Of a stretch of 64,000 nucleotides of DNA, positions 1 to 12,922 are shown in pieces. Position numbers and translations under genes: made by a program. The stretch covers positions 2,976,001 through 3,040,000 of the forward strand of contig CM022671.1 of assembly GCA_012295275.1 (NCBI GenBank), read 5' to 3'. How positions within the stretch are numbered: the first letter of the stretch is position 1; every line of letters starts with the position of its first letter. A model generated the notes under the pieces. It was not told where the DNA came from, searched no databases, and was given only the letters and a program-made list of their open reading frames with translations. Source of the DNA: Chrysomallon squamiferum (Eukaryota; Animalia; Mollusca).

Positions 1-350
1 TAGTCCGCATACAGTAGTGCTTCTATCATCTCACTCTATCACAGAACTAAACAAGAACAACCAAAATTAATAACATTTTTGTGGCATGTTGGACAGAATT
101 GCTTTGTTTGCCATTGGATGGTGTTGAAAACATCATCAAATCTCTACAAAGAATTGCTATGCCAAATGCTAATGATTTGGTAGGTTATTTTGATTCGACT
201 TATATGAATGAACACTACAGGAAATTATTTAGAAACGGCTGTAACATCATCAGTAACATTCTTGGACAGTTTCAATCAGACGTCTGGTGTGCACTGGAGG
301 CAACTCTCAGTGAGTGGGAAGGATGGAACAACACGTTTTTTTCACTTGTC
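1..350 (+). mobile_element. Degenerate Mutator-like (MULE) transposase fragment
   Basis: Translates to VRIQ*CFYHLT (CxxH motif), LLCLPLDGV, LVGYFDSTYM and EGWNNTF, typical of the MULE transposase C-terminal half. Contains stops and deletions. Confidence 0.75.
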
Positions 351-659
351 ACGGTGACTAGTCAGACTGGTATTAATGCTTTAAAGTTGGCTCGTCCCGT
401 CTAAGGGTTAACAGACTATAAAAGCGTCACGTGACAAAGTGTTAATGATCTGAGGCAGTTTAAACTACTAAAAGACTAGTTTGTATCCACTAGAGAATAA
501 TAACGCAAACAAGAATTGAATATGGGTAATTGTTTCATGTATCACATAAATTAACCATCAATGGCAAACAAATGTAATTTAATCGTAAGATTCTTACGAT
601 ATAATGCAAATGAAAATAACGCTGATATACGTTTTGTAAACATATAAATCATTATTTTA

Positions 660-2421
660 TTTTATTTTATTTGTTAAATATTTTATAAATGCTGATATCA
701 GGATAACTGTCAGATTTGTCTATTGAAGAAACAAAATATGAAAACTGTTCATCGTATTTAACAACTCGTCTCAGTAACGGACATTTCTGTGGTCGTAAAT
801 TCCCCGAGAAGAAAAATTCTAACTAAAGAAATATACCTTTGTTTACATACTGAATGGAGTTAAAATACATTTCTGTGCAGTGGTCGTAATTCCCCGAGAA
901 GAAAGATTTCTATCTAAAGAAATATAACTTTGTTTATATACTGAATAGAGTTACAATAGATTTCTTGAGAATGCGAAAGTGATCACCACACATGGTCATT
1001 TGATAGCTGTCGTAGTAACTTTTAGATCACGCGAGTTTTCACGACTAATTAAATAAATAAAAAAGGAAGATATTTTGTATCTTATGAGTTGAAACAAGAT
1101 TATTAAAGTGGTTCCTTTAGTCGTGTTAAAACTGTCGTCTACTTTTTCATTTTATTTTACTTTTGTTTTTTCATTATTTCAAATGCACTATAATAATTGT
1201 TATTAAAAGAAAAAAAAAAAGTATTTCCTTTGTTTATATATTTATTTATTTAGTAGTGGTAATAGCTGTCGCGGTTGTTGATGTTGTTGTCGTTGTACTG
1301 TCTTAATGTTATCTTTTATCGAAACAGCCATTCATCATGATGCATTAAATAGAAATTTAATATATTTAGCACCATATACGTTTTTCTAACAATTCATGTA
1401 TATTGTGCATAAATGATTTTGTAAAAACCTTCGTTTAACCATTATCTTTAGAAACATGATTAACAAGGAAGACTGAAGTTTCTATTAAGCATAACATTAC
1501 ATAAATCAACTAAAAAACAGTGAGTACGATTATATAATTTATTAGTAACGTTAACAAAGTAATAAATATAAAAAAAATAAAAATAAAAATAAAACAGTTT
1601 TTACATCACGGAAATTAGATATAAGTGAAAAATAGATTAATAACAAAGCCTACTATGGAAAGAAAACTTGCCCATGCAAACAAAACCTACAAAGTTAAAA
1701 GTCTCTGTATTTCTTTGTCAACTTAGCACAGGTGATAATACTTCTACGCAGATTAAAGTAGTTTTTATTAACTATTACTCGGTAAAACAAAAAATGTACT
1801 AATGTTATTTCAAGTTGACTGATAATATAGATCAAACGGCTAAAAAGGCAGAAGGAAAATTGTATATAGTAATAGTATGATATAGACTTTTGGTAAGCAC
1901 TTTTGGCCAGGAAGAACGCCCTTCGATCTCTACCCCCATAAAAAATTAAAACAACCAAAGTTGGATAACAGATTTAAAGTTTGGTTTTATAATAGTTACA
2001 TTTGGTATTTATTATCACGTTTATTTTTTTAAATTCCACATTATTTTGTACTATTTTATACGTAACTTAAGGAAATCCTTCATTGTGTGATAGGACACTT
2101 CGTCGATAGAAATTTGTTTTGTAAAGTATGCGTTCTTGAATACATTTACAAGCCAAAATGTTACCGCCAATAATATTTTCTTACTTACAGAATCATTTTT
2201 TTTAATTTTTTTTTTTTTTTTTTTTTTTTTTTGATTTTTGATTTATTTATTTAATTTATTTATTTATTTTTCTTTTTTTTTGATTTTTCATGTTTAGCTG
2301 TATATAGTTAAAAAACGACATGATGAATTTTGTTACTGGTTTTAAATCACATAATGCAAATTTGTGCAATCCAGCATTTATATTAATTGACTTTACAAAA
2401 TGAAGATAAAACTACAAGAGT

Positions 2422-2498
<77 letters not shown>

Positions 2499-2715
2499 TT
2501 CTTATGAATTTTAAATTTGTCACTGGTACATGACAAAAATACGTATACACTTAGATAAGTATAAAACTAGATGATGCAGATAATTTACGAACACATAATG
2601 ATAATAATAGCAAATATCACAAAACGAACGAGTGCCTTACTACACATGCAATAAAATCAACCTTAAACAAATAATAATAATAAAATAATAAATTAAATAA
2701 TAATAATAATAATAA

Positions 2716-2746
<31 letters not shown>

Positions 2747-3290
2747 AAGAAGAAGACGACGAACAATAATAATAAGTAAATAAATAAATAGAAACCATCT
2801 ACTAATCAAAGGAAAAAAGTAATGGAATTTTTTAGCATGTGATTATGATCACATGCTGTAACTTTCCACTGCTGTTTGAATATATCGATACAATCATTTT
2901 CGAGGAAAAGAAATACTATCCGGTTAAGAACAGAATATAAATTTGTCGTTGTCTCGGGTTTGCTCAGTTAGAACAAAACACCCGACCTAAATGTGTGAAT
3001 TCGCTATTCGGTTTTGTGATGTCAAACCGGGCTTAGAAACGATCAAGTAAGCAATGAAACATTAGGTAAGTAGATCTGTGCGAGTTTGAAGGTTATTTTT
3101 ATTGCTTTGTTGTTGCTGCTGTTTTTATATTTCAATGTTATTTCAGATGTTTCTGTTGGTGCTGATAACGAAAATATTACTGATATTATTATCATTTTGA
3201 CTGTTATTATTATAGTTATTGTTGTTGTTGTTGTTATTATTATTAATATTATTATTAATTTCTTAGTGTTCAAAACGGGTATTAAGTAGA
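660..3290 (+). repeat. Older duplicated non-coding module A (copy A1; duplicate A2 at ~10915-13470)
   Basis: Colinear but diverged blocks shared with 6205-9280: gatatcaggataactgt; attccccgagaagaaag; ttcttgagaatgcgaa; ggtaaaacaaaa..tttcaag; (AG)n; ttcgaggaaaagaaatactatccgg; gacctaaatgtgtgaattcgct; gtaagtagatct. Confidence 0.85.
2424..2492 (+). repeat. (AG)n microsatellite
   Basis: Perfect AG run. Counterparts at 8542-8610 and 12584-12664; an unrelated intronic (CA)(AG)(CA) compound run lies at ~26410-26535. Confidence 0.95.
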
Positions 3291-4446
3291 TTTCGGCGCG
3301 ATCCTTACTGGGCGGTCGCCAGAGTGGACAGCATCAAAAAGTGCGGCCTTCAAAAATTCCCTCGTGTAGGTGATTTAAAAAATCTTTTTAAAGAAACTTA
3401 GTTTGATAACGTTTTATACATATCTCGCCACAAACTCGCTTTTGATTTCTGAATACTGATCACGGAGAAGTTTATCAAATTTTTGATGAAAAAATATTTT
3501 TTGTAAACGTCAGCAGTCAGCGATCATTGGAAAAATCTTAGATGAGTCAAGCAATCAAAATACGTTCCCCGTATAGATATGCTACTTTTGTGCTTAATTT
3601 CAACAAATGTTATGTTCGCTAGCGAAGATTCTGTGGTTGCGAAAAACTGTATACGTAATGCGGACGCAATTAACAGTGCATTGTTTTAAAGATGGACAAA
3701 CAGTTCATCACTGATTGCTCTTGTGTTTCGAAGGAAAATCCATCGAATAAAGTTATTTTAGCGGTAGGCATCAGTCACGGTGCTCACACTTTTAAACATC
3801 TTGGATGTTTTATTAAGACTCAGCCTGGAGTACCAAAGTGCTTTAATGACCACCTAACAACGAATATAAATTGACAGCAATCTATATAAATCAATAAGTC
3901 TATCTATCCACTAGAGAAATAAACACAAGTTAAGGTTCACGTTAATTATTTAATTATGATAAACAGGTGACGTGATAATATTATTTTATACAATCACAAA
4001 ACATATGTTTAAGTAATTTTGATTAATGAAACGAGTAAGTCAAACAGGGAACCAAGACAAAATAAGAATCTGCACGGAGGAGAGATTAAAACCTTAGAAT
4101 TTTAGGTATAATAAATGTTATTGACACAGATTAATTGCTCATTACACTCTTATCAAAATAAGAATAGACAGTTGCTTACCATACTCGTCCGTAAAGACAA
4201 TAGCATTCAAAAACATTGGTTTCCCCGCCTTTCTGAGATTTCGTGTTGACCTGTTCCTTTGCTCCGTAATTATTTGAACCTTGAATCTTGAAAAAAATTA
4301 ACGTGCTAATCAGAGCAAGCTGTTGTGAAGCACGTCTACGACAGGTACGCTTTCTGACAGGTAACCTGAATTATCAAATACCGGCCCTTTTTATAAGAAT
4401 GCCATGGAGTTTAAAAATTGGCTAAAACAATAAAAAAAACGTGTAT

Positions 4447-4590
4447 GTGGTGAAGTAACAATTTGTTACGCAATTTCAATTCCGTGGCATAAAAATAAAA
4501 AGCGCAGATGTGATTGAAGTAACAGTTCGTTACGCAATAAAAAGTGGGTTTGTGATCGAAGTAACAAATTGTTACGGAATCTCAATTCCG
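4447..4590. repeat. Three spaced copies of the palindromic motif GTAAC-N5-GTTAC (duplicate at ~14628-14770)
   Basis: gaagtaacaatttgttacg (core at 4455), gaagtaacagttcgttacg (4519), gaagtaacaaattgttacg (4561). Confidence 0.8.
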
Positions 4591-4699
4591 AGTCAGTGTT
4601 AAAACAATTCAAGGATCTAATGTCAAGTGGCATACTTCTAATCATCATTTTGACCAGTATTTTATAGTTGTATTTTTCGTACAGCAATAAGCATCAGTA

Positions 4700-4880
4700 G
4701 CACGCGTGAATCGAAAGCGCGCTAGAAATTTTACACAGCCAATCATCTGTACAGAAAATATGAACAGAAGTTTTAGCGTGTGTTGTGTCAGTTTATCGCC
4801 TCTGTCAGATCACTTTACTGTCATCGCTTTCCTGTAACGTGTGTCCGATTGGCTAATACTCCGTCACGTAGGCCTATATT
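4700..4880. promoter_or_regulatory. Possible promoter: opposed CCAAT boxes plus a CRE-like motif in a CpG-enriched patch (duplicate at ~14880-15060)
   Basis: agccaatca at ~4737, gattggct at ~4847, cgtcacgt at ~4862; locally CpG-rich. Motif evidence only. Confidence 0.3.
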
Positions 4881-6086
4881 TTATCCTTATAGGGGAATGA
4901 TTTGCAAGTGATTTGTTTATCCACTCAGCCTATGGCTGTATTATCACAGTGTAACCCGGTTAAGAAAGGTGATTATAATACACAAGGAAAAAAATGTGAA
5001 GTAAATGTTTCTAATGGGAGCTCACTAATTGTCTGACAATTGAAGTGTCCCAAGAACAACAGGTGTACAACACAATCCCTTTAAAGATCACTGCAAAATC
5101 TGGCACACGGTAGAATTATCCCCATAATATCCCCCCATGTTAGTGATGTATTTCAGATACTGAAAAGTTGATATTACAAAAAAGGCCACATTTGAGAAAA
5201 GGGGGGAATACAAAAAGAAATTCAGCATGGAAGGAAGTTTTTATTTTTATTTTATGTTATACTGTGTTGTAACAAAGAAAATAATTAAAAGAGTTTCTAA
5301 TATAATACTGAACATCCCAGAATCTATATAATCTTAGAGTATTGTGTGTCTTAGCTTTTAAATCTGTTAATTTAATAAATAAACACTGTACTTCTTTTTA
5401 TATTTGTCCTGTCAGTTATATAATATGGGTGTTGTTTATTGTGACCGCGGGAAGAAAATATACAAGTATAATTACACAGACTGAACAAAATAATTTTAAC
5501 TGTTACAAACCTGATAATGGATTGCTATTAAAGGCCTCTTTTTATTTTTATTTTTATCTTTAATTCTGATCATTTTATTTTCTTTCATTCATTCCTTATC
5601 ATTTACTTATTATAGTTATATTTTTCTCACCTTTCTAAATGTTAGAACAATTTATTTATTCATCATCGTCATCGTTATTTTTATTATTCAAAGTAGAGCA
5701 TAAATTATTGATGTAAATCTGTGGAATAAGGCAGATATATTCGACTTTTTTCATGATACACCTCCACACGTTTTAGATCAATTTAAGCTAAAGCATCTTC
5801 ACGTTAATTTTCGATTTGAATTTTCAAGAGCTATTTAGGTAGCTTTGATGAAAATGGTTAAGTCATGTTCTTCTGCCATTTTTTATTTGAGCGTATGTTT
5901 GAATGTTTTGTAATTTTTCTTTTGATAGTAACAAATGATATAACTAAAGCTGGTGTTAGACACAGTAATATAGACAGTTTCCAGTTTTACAAGTGCCCTC
6001 TATATATTCAGAATAAGATTCACAGTATGTCATTATTGTGCAAACATATAAATCAGTATGTTATTTTAGTTGATTTTATTTTATTT

Positions 6087-6185
6087 TATTTCATTTCATT
6101 TCATTTCATTTCATTTCATTTCATTTCATTTTATTTTATTTTAGTTGATTTTATTTTATTTTATTTTATTTCATTTCATTTCATT
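6087..6185 (+). repeat. (TTTCA/TTTTA)n pentanucleotide repeat
   Basis: Visible tandem atttc/atttt units; shorter version at ~16250-16298. Confidence 0.85.
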
Positions 6186-6204
6186 TTATTTTGTTTTAGT
6201 TGAT

Positions 6205-8537
6205 TTTATTTGTTAAATATATTATATAAATGTTGATATCAGGATAACTGTAAGATTTTTGAACTGAAGAAACAAGATAAGAAACTATTCATTGTATTTC
6301 ACAACTCGTATCAATACCGGTTATTTCTGTGCAGTGGCCGTAATTCCCCGAGAAGAAAGATTTCTAACTAAAGAAATATACCTTTGTTTACATACTGAAT
6401 AGATTAAACTATATTTCTTGAGAATGCGAACGTGGTCACATGTGGTAATTTGATATCTGACGTAGCAACCGTTAGATAATGCGAATATATTTTGTATTTT
6501 ACGAGTTCAAATAATATCATTAAACTGGTTCCCTTAGTCTTCTTAAAACTGTCGTGTACTTTATTTTATTTTATTTATTTATTATAGTTATATTTTTTTT
6601 GTTTTTATTTTATATCAAAACACTATAATGATTATTATTAATGGAAAAAATGTATTATCTTTTTTGTTTATTTGTTTATTTAATTTATTTATTTATTAGT
6701 AGAATTAGCTGTCGCGGTCGTTGGTGTTGTTGTTGTTATACTATTTTGATGTGATCTTTTATTCATCATGATGCATTAAATATAAATTTAATATATTAAG
6801 CACCAGACGACTAGACTGAGTTCTCATTTAAGTTTTCAAATAATTCATGTCAGTAATATTGCATAAATTATTTTAAGTTTAAATTTTCGTTGAACTATTA
6901 TCTTTAGAAACATGATTAACAAGAAAGAGTGAAGAATCTATGAAGTTTAACATTACATAAAAACGGTTCTTTGTCATCATAAATAAAGAAAAATGTCTTA
7001 AATTGCCATCTCTAAAGCATCTTTCGGTTATTTACTTTGTACTAATTAGTTATTTTATATTTTATGTTAAAGTACGACGTTTATTTTCAGTAATCCAAAC
7101 GATAATCTCTATAATTACATAAAGCAATGGCCTGATAAATAACAATACACAAGCAAAAATAGATATTTTTTATATAAAAAGTACGAATGACCAATTCTAT
7201 TCATTGTATGTAATTTTAAATATCATTTCATTTTACATAAATAATTAATCTTAAAAATTCAATATTGGGAATAAACGATTGTTATATATAATGAAAAATC
7301 CTTTTTTCAATTCCAATGATGAAAAACAAGTTCCGAAAACTACTTATATATATATATATATACAGTGGTACCTCGTCGTACGAATGCCTCGACTTACGTG
7401 TTTTGGGAGTTACGAGCGAGCTTAAGATAGCCGCCGCTACTTGGTGCAACGAACAACACAACATCCTGTCGGCATCCCAGGTCTGTTGTGTTGTACTCGC
7501 GTTTTGTGCAGTGTTTTGCCAAATTTTGCCGAAGCGGATGATGTCAATTGAATTAAAGCTTGAATTCATAGAAAATTCGACTTGGCAAGGCAGTACGAGC
7601 ATAGTACTTATACGATATGTATCATACTGAACCTGAAGGGTCGATAAAAGCTGTAACTCCAACTAAAGGCGTTAAAATAATCTGTCTGATCTCCAAGATA
7701 AATACACTTTACAAAAGCAAATTATTTCTTTACATTCTGTTTTATTTTATTTTTTTATACAATATTTGTCATTTTTCTTATTTAAAACCACGATGCAAAA
7801 AATATAAAAAATGGTGGGGGGGTTTCGGGGCGGGGCTGGTAACAAATACCTAAATTTCCAGACTGCACCCAGTATAAGTACGTAACGCAGCAGTGGGCTA
7901 AGTATATATAATGATCTTTCAACTGATTTTGCTGTCGATGAAATCAAACCAAACTCATTAACAGTGAATAATATTAAGTCATCCACGAATATGAAAAGAA
8001 AAAACAACAACAACAACAACAACAACAACAGTAACTAATTAACTAACCAAATAAAGAAAGAAAGAAAAAACAACAACAACAACAGCAAAAATAATGTTTT
8101 ATCACTACAAACAGCATCTTTTATTGGTTACACAAATTTAAACTGTAATCAATCATACGTAATTATTAGTAGACAGAAATGTTTAAAAGGCATTGCCTAT
8201 CAGCTATTACCTTGGTAAAACAAAATATTTATTGATATTATTTCAAGTCGACTGATAATATATTCATATATGTGTGGAAAAAATAAGTCAAATGTCTAGA
8301 ATGTTAGAGGAACAATTCTGTGTAGTAATAGTTTGGTGTCTACTTTTGATGAAAGAACTTTCGGTATAAATTACAAAATCATTGTTGGTTTTTTTTGTTG
8401 TTTTTTTTCCATGTGCTTAGCTTAAAATAGTTCAAAAACGACATGATAAATTGTGTTGTTGTTATTCTTTTATATCATATAATGGAAATTTGTCCAATCC
8501 AAGGATCTAATTGTTTACAAAATCAAGATAGAATTAC

Positions 8538-8613
<76 letters not shown>

Positions 8614-9280
8614 ATAACGAAAACATAATGGTAATAAACAGAAGACAAAGGATAAGAGTTGTGAAGATTTGTGGTAACTTGACTGTGACACAATGTCACA
8701 AAACGAATAACTGTCTTAGTACATAAGCAATAAAGTGGCATCCGTAAAATAAATAAATAAATAAAAACAACCCATTAATCAAAATCAAAAGCCAAAGAAA
8801 AAAAAAATAATGAATTTTTTTACCATGTGTTTACATAATTTACATTTCAACTGCTATTTGAATACATCAACAACAAAAAATAAATAAATAAATAAATAAA
8901 TAAATTTCGAGGAAAAGAAATACTATCCGGCTGATAATAGTATATAAATTTGTCGTTATATATGTTTCGCTCAGTTATAACAAAACACCTGACCTAAATG
9001 TGTGAATTCGCTGTTTGGTTTTACTGTGTCAAAACGGGCTTAGTAACGATCAAGGAAGCATATCGAAAATATTAAGTAAGTAGATCTACGTGAATTTGAA
9101 TGTTTTTGTTATTGCTATGGTTGATGCTGCTGTTTTTGTATTGTTAATGTTATTTCAAACGTTGCTTTTGGTGATGATAATGAAAATGCTACTGATATTA
9201 TTATTATTATTATTAACTGCTTATTGTTTAAAACGGTCATTTGTTTTAATAAGTGAGAAATTTAGTTATCTGACGTCTTA
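6205..9280 (+). repeat. Older duplicated module A' (partial copies at 16295-18350 and ~20760-21150)
   Basis: Same ordered blocks as 660-3290, interrupted by a Tigger relic. The ttcgagaaaaagaaatactatccgg..aacaaaacacc block recurs at ~20975-21085. Confidence 0.85.
7363..7860 (+). mobile_element. Tigger/pogo-like DNA transposon relic
   Basis: TA|CAGTGGTACCTCG terminus after a (TA)n run. CENP-B-type HTH remnant KRMMSIELKLEFIE / DLARQYEHSTYTICIIL / KAVTPTKGVKII across frameshifts. The 3' boundary is uncertain. Confidence 0.75.
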
Positions 9281-10229
9281 AGCTGATCCGCTATTTTTAA
9301 TTTGATATAATACATGGCTGTCTAATTTACTGAACACATAAATGCAGTTAAGTAATGAAAATACTTTATTCACTTTAAGACTCAAAGAGAAAACAAAACT
9401 TAAAATCAAAATCAGTTGTTTCACAAATATTATGTAATGAGGCTACCTCTCACTGATTTTATTTATCCATTCTTCGTTATTCACAACAAGAACAGTTTTG
9501 TATGATTATCTATGTCTGTAGTAAATCCAATCTGAAATGTAGAATAGGTTTGTAACTTTATTTGTGTAAAATATTCTTTGCATTTGTCGACCAGAAGTAG
9601 TTTTGTCGCTAGAGGAAAATCATCTGGTGCTCTGGACAGTAAACAAATAATTATCGCCAGATCACGTGATCAAATACTTCTATTTGGTTGAACGTTTATT
9701 TTTATTCTACTGCAGTGGAATAAATGTGTGTAATTATACCTGTATAAAATTAATTAATTACAACTTTAGGTATTTTAGATTTTTAAATCTACCTGATATC
9801 CTGTAAATTCCGTAATTTATCTTGCTTTTTAAACAAGATAAAAAGATTTAATGAACTTCTCTCACAGTATTTGTTTCAGGAAAGCCTGAAGCAATGGATT
9901 GAAATTAAATGAATTTCTGGGATGTAAAACTGCCATTATTCCCTTATTTTTCAAAATATGTTCATGTTATTGGATCATTAAACTGGTGTTTTCATAATCC
10001 TTAATCATTTTAATTTGGGAATATTCTTCTTCTTCTTCTTCTTCTTCTTATTATTATTATTGCTATTTATTTATTTATGTATTATTTATTTGTGTGTGTG
10101 TGTATGTATGCGTGTGTGTTTTCTGTGGGTGCATTTGTGTCGTTTTGTTGTGTTTTGTTGTTGTTGGGTTTTTTTTTTGGTTCTTTTGGGAGGTGGATTT
10201 TGGTCAGGTTCACATTTTATATAACTGAA

Positions 10230-10610
10230 TAAAGCAGCCGCATTTCAGGCTGGGTGAATTGTATTTGGTAAGGAAGTCCGCATTCAGTAGTGCTTCTATT
10301 ATCTCACTCAATCACAGAACTAAACAAGAACAACCAAAATTAATAACATTTATGTGGCATGTTGGAATGAAATGGTGTTGAAAACATCATGCAATCTCTA
10401 CAAAGAATTGCTATGTCTAATGCTAATGATTTGGTAGGTTATTTTGATTCGAATTATATGAATGAACACTACAGGAAATTATTTAGAAACGGCTGTAACA
10501 TCATCAGTAACATTCCTAAACAGTTTCAAGCAGACGTCTGGTGTGCACTGGAGGCAACTCTCAGTGAGTGGGAAGGATGGAACAACACGTTTTTTTCACT
10601 TGTCACGGTG
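10230..10610 (+). mobile_element. Degenerate MULE transposase fragment (duplicate)
   Basis: AAAFQAG*IVFGKEVRIQ*CFYYLTQS ... LVGYFDSNYM ... EGWNNTF; duplicate of 1-350. Confidence 0.75.
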
Positions 10611-12583
10611 ACTAGTCGGACTGGTATTAATGCTTTAAAGTTGGCTCGTCCCGTGTAAGGGGTAACAGACTATAAAAGCGTCACGTGAAAAAGTGTTAAT
10701 GATCTGAGGCAGTTTAAACTACTAAAAGACTAGTTTGTATCCACTAGAGAATAATAACGCAAACAAGAATTGAATATGAGTAATTGTTTCATGTATCACA
10801 TAAATTAACCATCAATGGCAAACAAATATAATTTAATCGTAAGATTCTTACGATATAATGCAAATGAAAATAACGCTGATATACGTTTTGCAAACATATA
10901 AATCATTATTTTATTTTATTTTATTTGTTAAATATTTTATAAATGCTGATATCAGGATAACTGTCAGATTTGCCTATTGAAGAAACAAAATATGAAAACT
11001 GTTCATCGTATTTAACAACTCGTCTCAGTAACGGACATTTCTGTGGTCGTAAATTCCCCGAGAAGAAAAATTCTAACTAAAGAAATATACCTTTGTTTAT
11101 ATACTGAATAGAGTTACAATAGATTTCTTGAGAATGCGAAAGTGATCACCACACATGGTCATTTGATAGCTGTCGTAGTAACTTTTAGATCACGCGAGTT
11201 TTCACGACTAATTAAATAAATAAAAAAGGAAGATATTTTGTATCTTATGAGTTGAAACAAGATTATTAAAGTGGTTCCTTTAGTCGTGTTAAAACTGTCG
11301 TCTACTTTTTCATTTTATTTTACTTTTTTTTTTTTTTCATTATTTCAAATGCACTATAATAATTGTTATTAAAAGAAAAAAAAAAAGTATTTCCTTTGTT
11401 TATATATTTATTTATTTAGTAGTGGTAATAGCTGTCGCGGTTGTTGATGTTGTTGTCGTTGTACTGTCTTAATGTTATCTTTTATCGAAACAGCCATTCA
11501 TCATGATGCATTAAATAGAAATTTAATATATTTAGCACCATATACGTTTTTCTAACAATTCATGTATATTGTGCATAAATGATTTTGTAAAAACCTTCGT
11601 TTAACCATTATCTTTAGAAACATGATTAACAAGGAAGACTGAAGTTTCTATTAAGCTTAACATTACATAAATCAACTAAAAAACAGTGAGTACGATTATA
11701 TAATTTATTAGTAACTTTAACAAAGTAATAAATATAAAAAAAATAAAAATAAAAATAAAACACTTTTTACATCACGGAAATTAGATATAAGTGAAAAATA
11801 GATTAATAACAAAGCCTACTATGGAAAGAAAACTTGCCCATGCAAACAAAACCTACAAAGTTAAAAGTCGCTGTATTTCTTTGTCAACTTAGCACAGGTG
11901 ATAATACTTCTACGCAGATTAAAGTAGTTTTTATTAACTATTACTCGGTAAAACAAAAAATGTACTAATGTTATTTCAAGTTGACTGATAATATAGATCA
12001 AACGGCTAAAAAGGCAGAAGGAAAATTGTATATAGTAATAGTATGATATAGACTTTTGGTAAGCACTTTTGGCCAGGAAGAACGCCCTTCGATCTCTACC
12101 CCCATACAAAATTAAAACAACCAAAGTTGGATAACAGATTTAAAGTTTGGTTTTATAATAGTTACATTTGGTATTTATTATCACGTTTATTTTTTTAAAT
12201 TCCACATTATTTTGTACTATTTTATACGTAACTTAAGGAAATCCTTCATTGTGTGATAGGACATTTCGTCGATAGAAATTTGTTTTGTAAAGTATGCGTT
12301 CTTGAATACATTTACAAGCCAAAATGTTACCGCCAATAATATTTTCTTACTTACAGAATCATTTTTTTTATTTTTTTTTTTTTTTTTTTTTTTTGATTTT
12401 TGATTTATTTATTTAATTTATTTATTTATTTTTCTTTTTTTCTGATTTTTCATGTTTAGCTGTATATAGTTAAAAAACGACATGATGAATTTTGTTACTG
12501 GTTTTAAATCACATAATGCAAATTTGTGCAATCCAGCATTTATATTAATTGACTTTACAAAATGAAGATAAAACTACAAGAGT

Positions 12584-12670
<87 letters not shown>

Positions 12671-12891
12671 TTCTTATGAATTTTAAATTTGTCACTGGTA
12701 CATGACAAAAATACGTATACACTTAGATAAGTATAAAACTAGATGATGCAGATAATTTACGAACACATAATGATAATAATAGCACAATATCACAAAACGA
12801 ACGAGTGCCTTACTACACATGCAATAAAGTGATCAACCTTAAACAAATAATAATAATAAAATAATAAATTAAATAATAATAATAATAATAA

Positions 12892-12922
<31 letters not shown>

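Larger units (their letters stand above)
2..8264 (+). repeat. Tandem segmental duplication, copy 1 (period ~10.2 kb; starts before the window)
   Basis: Colinear, near-identical match to 10275-18350 (agtccgcat.. at 2/10275; ..gactgataatatatt ends at 8264/18350). Paired ORFs 1695/11861, 3692/13874 and 5342/15523. Confidence 0.95.

Noticed and set aside
3043-3289. Hydrophobic Ile/Val-rich ORFs (also 5865-6203, 9090-9281, 10015-10224, 13210-13471) resembling membrane proteins
   Set aside because: They are translations of (ATT)/(GTT)/(TTTCA) low-complexity DNA.
3290-3900. CpG-richer block with a 60-aa ORF (3692-3874), identical in both copies
   Set aside because: The identity is explained by the recent duplication. 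No recognisable domain or termini; probably an unclassified repeat.
4447-4590. CRISPR-like repeat/spacer array
   Set aside because: Only three degenerate repeats with unequal short spacers, in a eukaryotic context with no cas genes.
8443-8741. ER/SL dipeptide-repeat ORFs (also 26265-26531)
   Set aside because: They are (AG)n microsatellite translations.
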